64,000 nucleotides of DNA from Candidatus Nanopelagicales bacterium. Lineage in GTDB: Bacteria > Actinomycetota > Actinomycetes > S36-B12. The DNA is taken from NCBI GenBank assembly GCA_009694585.1, contig SHUQ01000003.1, forward strand, positions 590 to 64,589. The letters run 5' to 3'. Both the position numbers and the translations under genes were made by a program. How positions within the stretch are numbered: the stretch's first letter is position 1; every line of letters begins with the position of its first letter. Under the pieces are notes generated by a model. It was given only the letters and a program-made list of their open reading frames with translations. It made no database searches and was not told the origin of the DNA. Below, piece after piece: positions 30,392 through 39,302 of the stretch.

Positions 30392-30654
30392 ACGAGCAAT
30401 TGGTAAGAGGTGCGCTAGCCCGCGTGTTCGAGCATGACTTCACCTTTGACGTGCGGTCAGATACCCCGCTGAGCTCATTTGGCGCGCTAGATGAAGCTTG
30501 GGTAATGCTGGCAAGAGCCATTGCCGAGGCCGCTAAGACCAGCGGTCAAGATGTGGAACTTGAAGATACCGATATCTGCGAAGTTCAAACGTTTGGCGAA
30601 CTCGTTGCACTTGTTGACTCTTTAGCTCGCACCGAAGCGCGGGCAACTACATGA
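30388..30654 (+). CDS. Acyl-carrier-protein-like small protein lacking the canonical phosphopantetheine-attachment Ser
   Basis: 88 aa. GTGA overlap with plsX and ATGA overlap with rnc. It aligns by eye to AcpP helices I-IV, but the DSL site reads GALDEA. Confidence 0.6.
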   Translation: MNEQLVRGALARVFEHDFTFDVRSDTPLSSFGALDEAWVMLARAIAEAAKTSGQDVELEDTDICEVQTFGELVALVDSLARTEARATT

Positions 30655-31373
30655 GTAACGCACGCAATCGCAGTGAGCGGGGTCGTGAAGAGAATTTAAC
30701 GCGTCTAGCGGCCAGCCTTGAGGTGCCCGTCGACCCAGCCCTGCTCAATCAAGCACTTACCCACCGTTCGTATGCCTACGAACATGGTGGCCTTCCGCAC
30801 AATGAGCGGTTGGAGTTCTTGGGGGATGCGGTACTTGGGGTATTGGTAACGGACACCTTGTATCGGGCTTTCCCGGATTTACCCGAAGGGCATCTGGCGA
30901 AACTGCGGGCAGCCGTTGTGAACTCACGGGCACTTGCAGATGTCGCGCGCGAACTTGATCTGGGCGAATACCTGCTTTTAGGTCGCGGTGAAGTGACCAC
31001 TGGTGGCCGAGATAAGTCGTCGATCCTTGCCGACGCCATGGAAGCGGTAATTGGGGCTGTATACATGTCAGGTGGGATAGAAGTTGCGGGCAAACTCATC
31101 CACGATCGCTTTGATCCACTTATTGAAGTTTCGGTTGAGCTCGGTGCGGGCCTTGATTGGAAAACTTCGCTGCAAGAAGCCGCCGCAAATGCAAATCTTG
31201 GTCTGCCCGAGTATCTAGTCAGTAATACCGGCCCAGATCATGAGAAGGAGTTTCATGCTCGGGTACGGATAGGCGATGACTTCATCGGTGAAGGCTGGGG
31301 CCGGTCGAAGAAACTGGCTGAACAGCAGGCTGCAGAAGTTGCCTATTCGCACTTGGTGAAATCGGTACCTTGA
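30651..31373 (+). CDS. rnc: Ribonuclease III
   Basis: 240 aa. Signature [11 protein letters not shown] and a C-terminal dsRBD. Confidence 0.95.
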   Translation: MSNARNRSERGREENLTRLAASLEVPVDPALLNQALTHRSYAYEHGGLPHNERLEFLGDAVLGVLVTDTLYRAFPDLPEGHLAKLRAAVVNSRALADVARELDLGEYLLLGRGEVTTGGRDKSSILADAMEAVIGAVYMSGGIEVAGKLIHDRFDPLIEVSVELGAGLDWKTSLQEAAANANLGLPEYLVSNTGPDHEKEFHARVRIGDDFIGEGWGRSKKLAEQQAAEVAYSHLVKSVP

Positions 31374-31374
31374 A

Positions 31375-32223
31375 GTGCCCGAACTGCCAGAAGTTGAAGT
31401 AGTGCGGCGGGGGCTCGCCGAGCATGTCACCGGGCGCAGAATCAATCAGGTCGAAGTGCTGCATCCTCGGGCGGTGCGTCGGAACACCGGGTCACTTCCG
31501 GAGGATCTGGTTGGTGAGCGCATCAGGTGCGTAAGTCGCCGCGGAAAGTATTTATGGCTGCCCCTAGTGGGTGATCAAGTCGCACTTGTTGCCCATTTGG
31601 GCATGAGCGGCCAACTACTTATGCAGCCGGCGTCGGCGCCCGATGAAAAACACCTCAGGGTCCGCATTGGATTTGCCGATGCCGGACCACAGTTGCGCTT
31701 TGTGGACCAGCGGACCTTCGGTGGGGTGATGACCGCTGAGCTGGTTTCTGATGGCGCGGGTGGCCACGTGCCCGACATCATCAGTCATATTTCCCGTGAC
31801 CCACTGGACCCAAGTTTCGACGAGGTGGCCTGGGTTAACTGCCTGCGGGGCAAAAACACCGAGATCAAACGGGCGCTGCTGGATCAATCACTGATTTCCG
31901 GGATTGGCAATATCTACGCGGACGAGGCCCTGTGGCGGGCCAAATTACATGGCCGGCGCCTAACCGGGGGCCTGACCCCGGCCAAAATTCATGAATTACT
32001 TGAGCACGCCAAATCCGTTATGAAGCAGGCGCTTGGGCAAGGTGGCACCAGTTTCGATGCGCTTTACGTCAACGTTAACGGCGAGAGCGGCTACTTTGAC
32101 CGGTCTTTGAACGCCTACGGTCAAGAAGGTGAGCCCTGTGGGCACTGCGGTCGCCCGATTCGCCGCGAAAAATTCATGAATCGATCCAGTTTTTTTTGCC
32201 CGCGGTGCCAGCGGCGGGGCTAG
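31375..32223 (+). CDS. mutM: Formamidopyrimidine-DNA glycosylase
   Basis: 282 aa. N-terminal PELPEVE and a C-terminal zinc finger CxxC...CxxC. Confidence 0.93.
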   Translation: MPELPEVEVVRRGLAEHVTGRRINQVEVLHPRAVRRNTGSLPEDLVGERIRCVSRRGKYLWLPLVGDQVALVAHLGMSGQLLMQPASAPDEKHLRVRIGFADAGPQLRFVDQRTFGGVMTAELVSDGAGGHVPDIISHISRDPLDPSFDEVAWVNCLRGKNTEIKRALLDQSLISGIGNIYADEALWRAKLHGRRLTGGLTPAKIHELLEHAKSVMKQALGQGGTSFDALYVNVNGESGYFDRSLNAYGQEGEPCGHCGRPIRREKFMNRSSFFCPRCQRRG

Positions 32224-32297
32224 GGCCCACACTCTCAAGATAAGGTGGGGGGAAACTCGTCCTCAGCGCCTTCCCCGCGCCTGACCAGCGGAGAACC

Positions 32298-35200
32298 GTG
32301 CACCTTAAGACCTTGACCCTGAAGGGCTTCAAATCCTTCGCTTCTTCGACGACCCTGCATTTCGAGCCGGGCGTGACCTGCGTGGTGGGACCGAACGGCT
32401 CCGGCAAGTCCAATGTCGTAGACGCCCTCGCCTGGGTGATGGGCGAGCAAGGGGCCAAATCGCTGCGCGGTGGCAAAATGGAAGATGTCATCTTCTCGGG
32501 TACTTCGGGCCGTGCCCCACTGGGTCGCGCCGAGGTGCAATTGACCATTGACAACTCCGATGGGACTTTGCCGATCGAGTACACCGAGGTCACGATCTCC
32601 CGCACCCTGTTTCGCAATGGTGGCTCGGAGTACGCGATCAACGGTGAGCAGTGCCGCCTACTTGATGTTCAAGAGTTGCTAAGTGACTCTGGTATTGGCC
32701 GCGAGATGCATGTCATTGTTGGTCAAGGGCAACTTGATTCGATTTTGCAGGCTACTCCGGAAGATCGTCGCGGATTCATAGAAGAAGCCGCTGGAGTGTT
32801 AAAGCACCGCAAGCGCAAGGAGAAAGCGCTGCGCAAACTTGACGCGATGGGCGCGAATCTAACTAGGTTGATGGATCTGACAAATGAACTGCGCCGCCAA
32901 TTGAAGCCACTTGGGCGTCAAGCCGAGGTAGCACGCCGCGCGGTGGTCATCCAATCAGATGTGCGTGATGCCAGGTTGCGCTTGATGGCTGATGACCTAA
33001 CTGTTTTACGTAACCTGTTAGCCGCGGAGGTTGCGGATGAAACCGCCCTCCGCGAGAGGCAAGCCAAAGCAGAGTCTGCTCTCGCGGCCCTACGCACCCA
33101 AGAGGCTGAAGCCGACGCTGCAGTTCTTGAAGAGGCACCGCGCTTAGTTGCGGCTCAGGAGACCTGGTTCGGGTTAAGTGGCCTTCGTGAGCGCTTCAAC
33201 GGTTTGGTGCAACTTGCCAATGAGCGAGTGCGCAATCTACAGCCTGAAGCCCAGGAGGAGACATCTGGTCGCGACCCTGAGCAAATAGATGCGGAAGCAC
33301 GCTTGCTTCGTGAGCAGGAGTTCGAACTTAGCCGCGAGGTCGAAGCGGCACGGGAGGTACTCGCTTTAGCGGAGGCACGCCGACTTGATGCTGAGCAGGC
33401 ACTTTTGCTTGAGGAGCATCGGGTTGCGGCTGCGGAACGGGCCGCGGCGGATAGACGTGAAGGCCTTGCAAAGTTGCGCGGCCAAGTTGATGCTGCTCGC
33501 TCGCGGATTGAAACTCGATCAAGTGAAATTGAGCGCCTTAGTGCTTCGATAACCGAGGCGAAGGAACGTAGTGAGCAAGCGCAAGGCCAGTTCCATGCCA
33601 TAGAAATTCAAGTCGCGGGGCTCAACCAAGGTGAAGTCGGGCTCGATCAGGAATATGAACTCGCCTTGGCGGCGCTTGAACGTGCCGATATTGCCGTAGA
33701 GCAACTGCGCACGGCTGAGTCAATAGGTGAGCGGGAGCGGGCGGCTTTCGCGGCTCGCTTAGACGCTCTTGAGTTGGGGCTTTCGCGTAAGGATGCCGCC
33801 TCGGTACTTATCGCGTCCACCGAACGCGTTCCCGGGGTGTTGGGGTCGTTGGCCGGGTTGTTGCAGATTGACCATGGTGCACAGGCAGCGGTAGCCGCGG
33901 CACTTGGTGATGTTGCCAATGCGGTGGTGGTTCGTGGAGTTGATGCCGCGGTTCAATCGGTCGTACTGTTGAAAGAACAAGATGCTGGCCGCGCGGCTTT
34001 GGTGCTCGCCGATGGCGCGGGTGCCGGCCTGGCTCCGGTCGGGGCACCCCCTGTCGGCTCATGGCTGCGCGCATCGGTGCGCTGTGACGACAGGCTGCGT
34101 GCCGTCGTTGACCGGCTGCTGATGAACTGTGTGCTGGTATCAGATGTGCGCACGGCTGCCGAGGCACAACGGATTCATCCCGAGCTCATCTTCGTTACCG
34201 ATGCCGGCGATATCTTCGCCGCTGGTGTGGTGCACGGTGGCTCGGCTGATACTCAAAGTCTGCTTGAGGTTCAGGCTGCACATGACCAAACCGCACGTGA
34301 CTTGGTTGTGGCAACTCATGACCTTGAACGTGCGCGCTTTGATCTAATTGCAGCGCGTGATGCGCAACGAGCGGCCGCGGATTTCACCGAGGGCTCGTTG
34401 AATCGACTCCACGAGTCAGATGCACGCATGGCCGCGGTTGCCGAGCAGTTGGGTCAACTCGGTCAGGCGGCACGTTCGGCACATGCTGAAGCCGAGCGAT
34501 TGTCACTTGCTCGTGCAGCCGCCGAGGCCGCACTCGAGCAAGACCAACAAAACCTTTCGACGATGGAGGTTCGACTCTCCAGCGCCGAAGTCGAACCGGT
34601 TGGTGACCCAGCTGGTGACAGGCGTGAGGTTTTTTCCGGCCAAGCCACCGGGGCGCGACAAGATGAAGTGGATGCTCGTCTCGCACTGCGCACTGGTGAA
34701 GAGCGGGTCGGGGCGGTCGGAATCCGGGCCGAGCAACTCGAACGTGCGGCAAATGCTGAGCGTCAGGCCCGTGTTAACGCAATTGCAAGGCGTGAACGGC
34801 GAGCGGCCGAACTTATTACGGCCGGAGCCATTCTTGCGGCTTCGCGCATTGCGCTCACGCGAATTGAGGGGTCAGTTGCACAGGCTGGTCGAGATCGATC
34901 TGAAGTAGAGCAAGCCAAAACCGAACGCGATCAATTGTTAACTCGGCTGCGCGCCAGTATTCGTGAATTGACCGGCGAGTTGGATTTACTCAAGGACAGT
35001 GTGCACCGCGATGAGGTAGCCCGCGCTGAGCAGCGCCTGCGCATTGAGCAGCTTGAAGAAAAGGCACTAGAGGATTTCGGTGTCGAAGGTGATGTCTTGA
35101 TTGCGGAGTACGGTGCGGAGCAATTGGTGCCACCTAGCCCGGTCGTGCCCGGCGATGAAGTGCCTGCTGATGCTCCTGAACCGCAGCCGTACCCGTATGT

Positions 35201-35867
35201 GCGCCTCGAGCAAGAGAAGAGACTCAAGGCAGCTGAACGTGAGCTAAACATCTTAGGAAAGATTAATCCGCTCGCCCTTGAAGAGTTCACTGCGATGGAG
35301 GAGCGCCACACTTTCTTGAGCGAACAGTTAGAAGACCTAAAGAAGTCGCGCGATGATCTGCTTGACATCATCAAGGAGGTCGACGCACGCGTTGAACAGG
35401 TGTTCACCGAGGCTTATCTTGAAATAGAGCGTGCATTCGTTGGCGTATTTGCCAGACTTTTCCCCGGTGGTGAAGGCCGGTTGATCCTGACCGACCCCGA
35501 CAATATGCTCACCACTGGTATCGATGTCGAAGCTCGCCCACCTGGCAAGAAGGTAAAGCGCCTGTCACTGCTTTCTGGTGGAGAGCGCTCCTTGACCGCG
35601 GTCGCCTTCTTGATTGCCTTGTTCAAAGCGCGTCCGAGCCCATTTTACGTACTCGATGAGGTTGAAGCCGCCCTTGATGATGTGAACCTTGAACGCTTGA
35701 TAGACATCATTGAAGAGTTGCGTTCGAGCTCGCAACTGATTGTAATTACCCATCAAAAGCGCACCATGGAGATTGCTGATGCCCTATACGGGGTATCTAT
35801 GCGTGGCGATGGTGTTACCCATGTCATTGGTCAACGCTTGCGCGATGTCGAAACCGCGAGCGCGTAA
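32298..35867 (+). CDS. smc: Chromosome partition protein Smc
   Basis: 1189 aa. Walker A GPNGSGKSN, long coiled coils with a hinge, the LSGGE signature, and Walker B FYVLDEVEAALD. Confidence 0.96.
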   Translation: MHLKTLTLKGFKSFASSTTLHFEPGVTCVVGPNGSGKSNVVDALAWVMGEQGAKSLRGGKMEDVIFSGTSGRAPLGRAEVQLTIDNSDGTLPIEYTEVTISRTLFRNGGSEYAINGEQCRLLDVQELLSDSGIGREMHVIVGQGQLDSILQATPEDRRGFIEEAAGVLKHRKRKEKALRKLDAMGANLTRLMDLTNELRRQLKPLGRQAEVARRAVVIQSDVRDARLRLMADDLTVLRNLLAAEVADETALRERQAKAESALAALRTQEAEADAAVLEEAPRLVAAQETWFGLSGLRERFNGLVQLANERVRNLQPEAQEETSGRDPEQIDAEARLLREQEFELSREVEAAREVLALAEARRLDAEQALLLEEHRVAAAERAAADRREGLAKLRGQVDAARSRIETRSSEIERLSASITEAKERSEQAQGQFHAIEIQVAGLNQGEVGLDQEYELALAALERADIAVEQLRTAESIGERERAAFAARLDALELGLSRKDAASVLIASTERVPGVLGSLAGLLQIDHGAQAAVAAALGDVANAVVVRGVDAAVQSVVLLKEQDAGRAALVLADGAGAGLAPVGAPPVGSWLRASVRCDDRLRAVVDRLLMNCVLVSDVRTAAEAQRIHPELIFVTDAGDIFAAGVVHGGSADTQSLLEVQAAHDQTARDLVVATHDLERARFDLIAARDAQRAAADFTEGSLNRLHESDARMAAVAEQLGQLGQAARSAHAEAERLSLARAAAEAALEQDQQNLSTMEVRLSSAEVEPVGDPAGDRREVFSGQATGARQDEVDARLALRTGEERVGAVGIRAEQLERAANAERQARVNAIARRERRAAELITAGAILAASRIALTRIEGSVAQAGRDRSEVEQAKTERDQLLTRLRASIRELTGELDLLKDSVHRDEVARAEQRLRIEQLEEKALEDFGVEGDVLIAEYGAEQLVPPSPVVPGDEVPADAPEPQPYPYVRLEQEKRLKAAERELNILGKINPLALEEFTAMEERHTFLSEQLEDLKKSRDDLLDIIKEVDARVEQVFTEAYLEIERAFVGVFARLFPGGEGRLILTDPDNMLTTGIDVEARPPGKKVKRLSLLSGGERSLTAVAFLIALFKARPSPFYVLDEVEAALDDVNLERLIDIIEELRSSSQLIVITHQKRTMEIADALYGVSMRGDGVTHVIGQRLRDVETASA

Positions 35868-35884
35868 CCGGCCCCTTGGGCCGG
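35868..35884 (+). terminator. Short perfect hairpin immediately after the smc stop
   Basis: CCGGCCC-ctt-GGGCCGG. No U-run follows. Confidence 0.3.
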
Positions 35885-35910
35885 TGCGGGGGATCTGAAG
35901 TTCTGAAAGG

Positions 35911-37035
35911 ATGTTGACTATGAATTCAGGCCTGCTTTTTGCCGCTGTAGCACTGCTGATCATCCTTATTGCGGTAGTAGCCGTGCTAGTTCTGCGGCGT
36001 CAATCAGCCGCAGTCGTAGCCTCGCCTGCGGTGACTGCGGACGACAGGGCTCCGACGATCACCGATGCACCAGAAGAAGATCTGAGTGCACTCCCTGAAA
36101 TCGAGATACCAGATGCTGCCGCCGGCCGCTTAAATAGGTTGCGGGCGCGACTGGCGAGATCCAATAGCGCAATTGGTCAGGGGTTGCTGGGGCTTCTTAG
36201 CTCTGGGGAAATAAGTGAATCTACCTGGGATCAGGTCGAGGAGACTTTGCTGTTGGCCGACCTCGGCGTGGGCCCGACCCAGGAATTAATTGCACGACTG
36301 CGGATTAGGGTCCAGGTGGCTGGTACGACTACCCCCGAGCAAATGAAGGTGATGCTCCGCGAAGAACTCCTGACATTGGTTGACCCAACAATGGATCGGG
36401 CCGTTGCAATGCATGCCCAAGGTCGCCCTGCTGTAATTCTGGTGGTGGGCGTAAATGGCACCGGCAAAACGACCACCACTGGTAAGCTTGCGCGTCTACT
36501 CATTGCTGATGGTCAAACCGTGGTGCTCGGGGCGGCAGATACTTTCCGAGCCTCGGCCGCAGATCAGCTGCAGACTTGGGGCGATCGGGTGGGAGCTGCG
36601 GTGGTACGCGGCCCCGAGGGCGGCGATCCGGCAGCGGTGGCTTTCGACGCGGTGAGTATCGGAACCGAGGCACAGGCAGACACCGTGGTGATAGATACCG
36701 CCGGGCGGCTGCATACAAAAACGGGTCTGATGGATGAATTGGGCAAAGTAAAGCGCGTAATAGAGAAGAAGTCACCGGTTGACGAAGTCCTGCTGGTACT
36801 GGATGCCACCACCGGGCAAAATGGTTTGGCTCAGGCGCGGGTTTTCCGCGAAGTTGTCGAAATTACTGGTATCGCTCTAACCAAACTTGATGGCACAGCG
36901 CGCGGCGGAATCGTCGTAGCGGTGCAGCGCGAGCTCGGGGTTCCGGTAAAACTGGTTGGCCTCGGTGAGGGCCCTGATGACCTCGCCCCATTTGATCCTA
37001 AGGAGTTTGTCGACGCCCTAGTGGGGGATTCGTAA
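35911..37035 (+). CDS. ftsY: Signal recognition particle receptor FtsY
   Basis: N-terminal TM segment, then motifs GVNGTGKTTT, DTAGR and TKLDG. ATG 35920 is an alternative start with better spacing from the GAAAGG SD. Confidence 0.93.
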   Translation: MLTMNSGLLFAAVALLIILIAVVAVLVLRRQSAAVVASPAVTADDRAPTITDAPEEDLSALPEIEIPDAAAGRLNRLRARLARSNSAIGQGLLGLLSSGEISESTWDQVEETLLLADLGVGPTQELIARLRIRVQVAGTTTPEQMKVMLREELLTLVDPTMDRAVAMHAQGRPAVILVVGVNGTGKTTTTGKLARLLIADGQTVVLGAADTFRASAADQLQTWGDRVGAAVVRGPEGGDPAAVAFDAVSIGTEAQADTVVIDTAGRLHTKTGLMDELGKVKRVIEKKSPVDEVLLVLDATTGQNGLAQARVFREVVEITGIALTKLDGTARGGIVVAVQRELGVPVKLVGLGEGPDDLAPFDPKEFVDALVGDS

Positions 37036-37063
37036 CACAGCGATTACCTAAGTTGCCCGTGAT

Positions 37064-37079
37064 GTGACATCCGCGAAAC
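37064..37079 (+). promoter_or_regulatory. GlnR-box-like motif GTGAC-n6-GAAAC upstream of the amt remnant
   Basis: Matches the gTnAc-n6-GaAAc half-site pattern. A degenerate second copy, GTTAC-t-GAAAC, lies at 37091-37101. Confidence 0.3.
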
Positions 37080-37170
37080 GTGATTAGCCTGTTACTGAAA
37101 CCTAGGCACGTCATTGTCCTGCCACTGAACCATTAGTGGAGTCGAGACCACTCGGGCGAGGGAGACACAT

Positions 37171-37694
37171 ATGGAAACCGCCTTGGACTCTGGCAATACC
37201 GCGTGGCTGCTAACCAGTGCGGCATTGGTACTGCTGATGATTCCTGGCTTGGCCTTCTTCTATGGAGGCATGGTTCGATCAAAATCTGTCCTCAATATGT
37301 TGATGATGGTGATGGGCGCACCTTCGTCGTCGGCATCTTATGGGTGCTATTTGGCTATTCGATGGCCTTCGCACCGTCATCTGGCAACGCGGGCCTCCTC
37401 GGTAACGTCACCGCGTTCGCTGGGCTCGAAGGTCTAATGACGAATGACCCGGCAGCCGGGGTGCCGGCTATGGGGTTCGTGGCTTTCCAAGCGATGTTCG
37501 CTTGTATTACCGTTGGCTTGATCGCCGGCGCCATCGCGGATCGAACCAAGTTCAGTGCTTGGCTAGTTTTCGCGGGACTTTGGGCGGTGCTTGTCTACTT
37601 CTCGGTGGCTCACTGGGTCGACTCGGCTGGCCGTATCCTTGACGCAAGTTTGGCTGAGGCAGTGCGCCTTCGGGTACTTGAGGCACTTAGTTAG
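37171..37694 (+). pseudogene. amt: Ammonium transporter Amt remnant: frameshifted near 37315-37322 and truncated after about 37620
   Basis: Frame 1 gives METALDSGNTAWLLTSAALVLLMIPGLAFFYGGMVRSKSVLNMLMMVMGA. Amt similarity then continues in another frame (FVVGILWVLFGYSMAF...AIADRTKFSAWLVFAGLWAVLVYFSVAHWV) and stops there. Only about 150 Amt-like codons remain, far fewer than a typical full-length Amt (about 400 or more, from memory). Confidence 0.8.
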
Positions 37695-37750
37695 TTAGCT
37701 TCCGATAAGCAAAAGCGTGTCCAGCTCGAAGCTAAGATCTTCGGAGCCGA

Positions 37751-37756
37751 TACTCT
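37751..37756 (+). promoter_or_regulatory. Candidate -10 hexamer TACTCT placed 6 nt before the ffh GTG (leaderless geometry)
   Basis: TACTCT-gacccc-GTG. No SD is present. Confidence 0.35.
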
Positions 37757-37762
37757 GACCCC

Positions 37763-39298
37763 GTGTTCGCGAACCTCTCAGATCGCCTTGCTGCCACGAT
37801 TAAGGGGCTGCGGGGTAAGGGCCGACTATCCGAAGCCGATGTCGATGCGACGGTGCGTGAGATTCGAACCGCATTGCTCGAGGCCGACGTCGCATTGCCC
37901 GTGGTTCGTGAGTTTACGGCCGTCGTCAAAGAGCGGGCCTTAGCAGCAGCAGCCTCAGGCGCCCTAAACCCCGCGCAGCAAATCGTCAAGATCGTGCACG
38001 AGGAGCTAATCGCCATCCTCGGGGGAGAAACTCGAAATCTTGTTTTCGCTAAGAACCCACCGACCGTGATTTTGCTTGCCGGTTTACAGGGTGCCGGCAA
38101 AACCACACTCGCGGGCAAGCTGGCGCTTCAATTGAAAAGTGGCGGCCATACCCCGCTTCTTGTCGCGGCGGATCTGCAGCGTCCAAATGCGGTAGATCAA
38201 TTGCGCATCATCTCCGAGCAGGCTGGGGTCGCGATTTTTGCCCCAGAGCCCGGTAACGGTGTAGGCGACCCGATCAAGGTAACCCAAGACGCACGGGTAT
38301 ACGCAGAGCAGAAATTGCATGACGTGGTTATCGTCGACACGGCGGGCCGATTAGCGATCGATGCTGAACTAATGCAGCAATTGCGTGCCGTGCGAGATGC
38401 GGCTCGACCCGATGAAACCTTGTTAGTGGTTGACGCCATGATCGGTCAAGATGCTGTTCGCACCGCCGAGGAGTTCGCCGAAGGTGTTGGTTTTGACGCA
38501 GTTGTCCTCACCAAGCTCGATGGCGATGCTCGTGGTGGTGCTGCACTTTCCATCGTAAGTGTCACCAAGCGTCCGATTATGTTTGCGTCAGTAGGTGAAA
38601 AACTCACCGACTTTGAGGTATTCCACCCAGACCGCATGGCATCGCGCATACTTGACATGGGCGACATGCTCACGTTGATAGAGCAAGCCGAGCGGGTATT
38701 TGACGCCGAGCAAACCGAACGGATGGCCCGCAAGGTTTCAGCGGGTGAGGATTTCACTCTCGATGATTTCCTCGAGCAAATGCAGTCGATCAAGAAAATG
38801 GGATCCATCGGCAAGATCATGGGCATGCTGCCCGGCATGGGTGAGATGAAAGCCCAGCTTGATCAAGTCGATGACCGGGAGATGGATCGCGTTGCTGCCA
38901 TCATCCAATCAATGACTCCGGCGGAGCGCCGGGAGCCAAAGATCTTGAACGGCTCACGCCGGGCTCGCATTGCGCGCGGGTCTGGGTCATCGGTTAGCGA
39001 GGTAAATGGCTTGATTGAGAGATTTAGCCAAGCCCAAAAAATGATGAAGCAGATGGGTAAAGGCGGAATGCCCGGCATGGGTGGCATTGGTGGTATGCCC
39101 GGTATGCCCAGCATGGGTGGTGGGAAGAAGTCCAAGGGCAAAATGGCTAAGCCCAGCAAGCCGGCCAAGGGCAAGAGTCGCAGTGGCAATCCGGCTAAGC
39201 GGGCCGATCAAAAATCCGGCATGCTTACTACAACTGCAGCGCCGGCCGAATTAGATATCTCGGCCTTACCACCTGAACTAAAGAAACTGTTAGGATAG
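37763..39298 (+). CDS. ffh: Signal recognition particle protein Ffh
   Basis: 511 aa. Motifs GLQGAGKTT, DTAGR and TKLDGDARGG. Met-rich M domain and a Gly/Met/Lys-rich tail. Confidence 0.95.
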   Translation: MFANLSDRLAATIKGLRGKGRLSEADVDATVREIRTALLEADVALPVVREFTAVVKERALAAAASGALNPAQQIVKIVHEELIAILGGETRNLVFAKNPPTVILLAGLQGAGKTTLAGKLALQLKSGGHTPLLVAADLQRPNAVDQLRIISEQAGVAIFAPEPGNGVGDPIKVTQDARVYAEQKLHDVVIVDTAGRLAIDAELMQQLRAVRDAARPDETLLVVDAMIGQDAVRTAEEFAEGVGFDAVVLTKLDGDARGGAALSIVSVTKRPIMFASVGEKLTDFEVFHPDRMASRILDMGDMLTLIEQAERVFDAEQTERMARKVSAGEDFTLDDFLEQMQSIKKMGSIGKIMGMLPGMGEMKAQLDQVDDREMDRVAAIIQSMTPAERREPKILNGSRRARIARGSGSSVSEVNGLIERFSQAQKMMKQMGKGGMPGMGGIGGMPGMPSMGGGKKSKGKMAKPSKPAKGKSRSGNPAKRADQKSGMLTTTAAPAELDISALPPELKKLLG

Positions 39299-39302
39299 TT
39301 TC

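Noticed and set aside
37203-37310. Apparent Met start and first ~35 codons of the 163-aa ORF (MAANQCGIGTADDSW...)
   Set aside because: This segment is merely the out-of-frame read of the Amt N-terminus. Amt homology in this frame begins only after the frameshift near 37315-37322, so the two ORFs together are one pseudogene.
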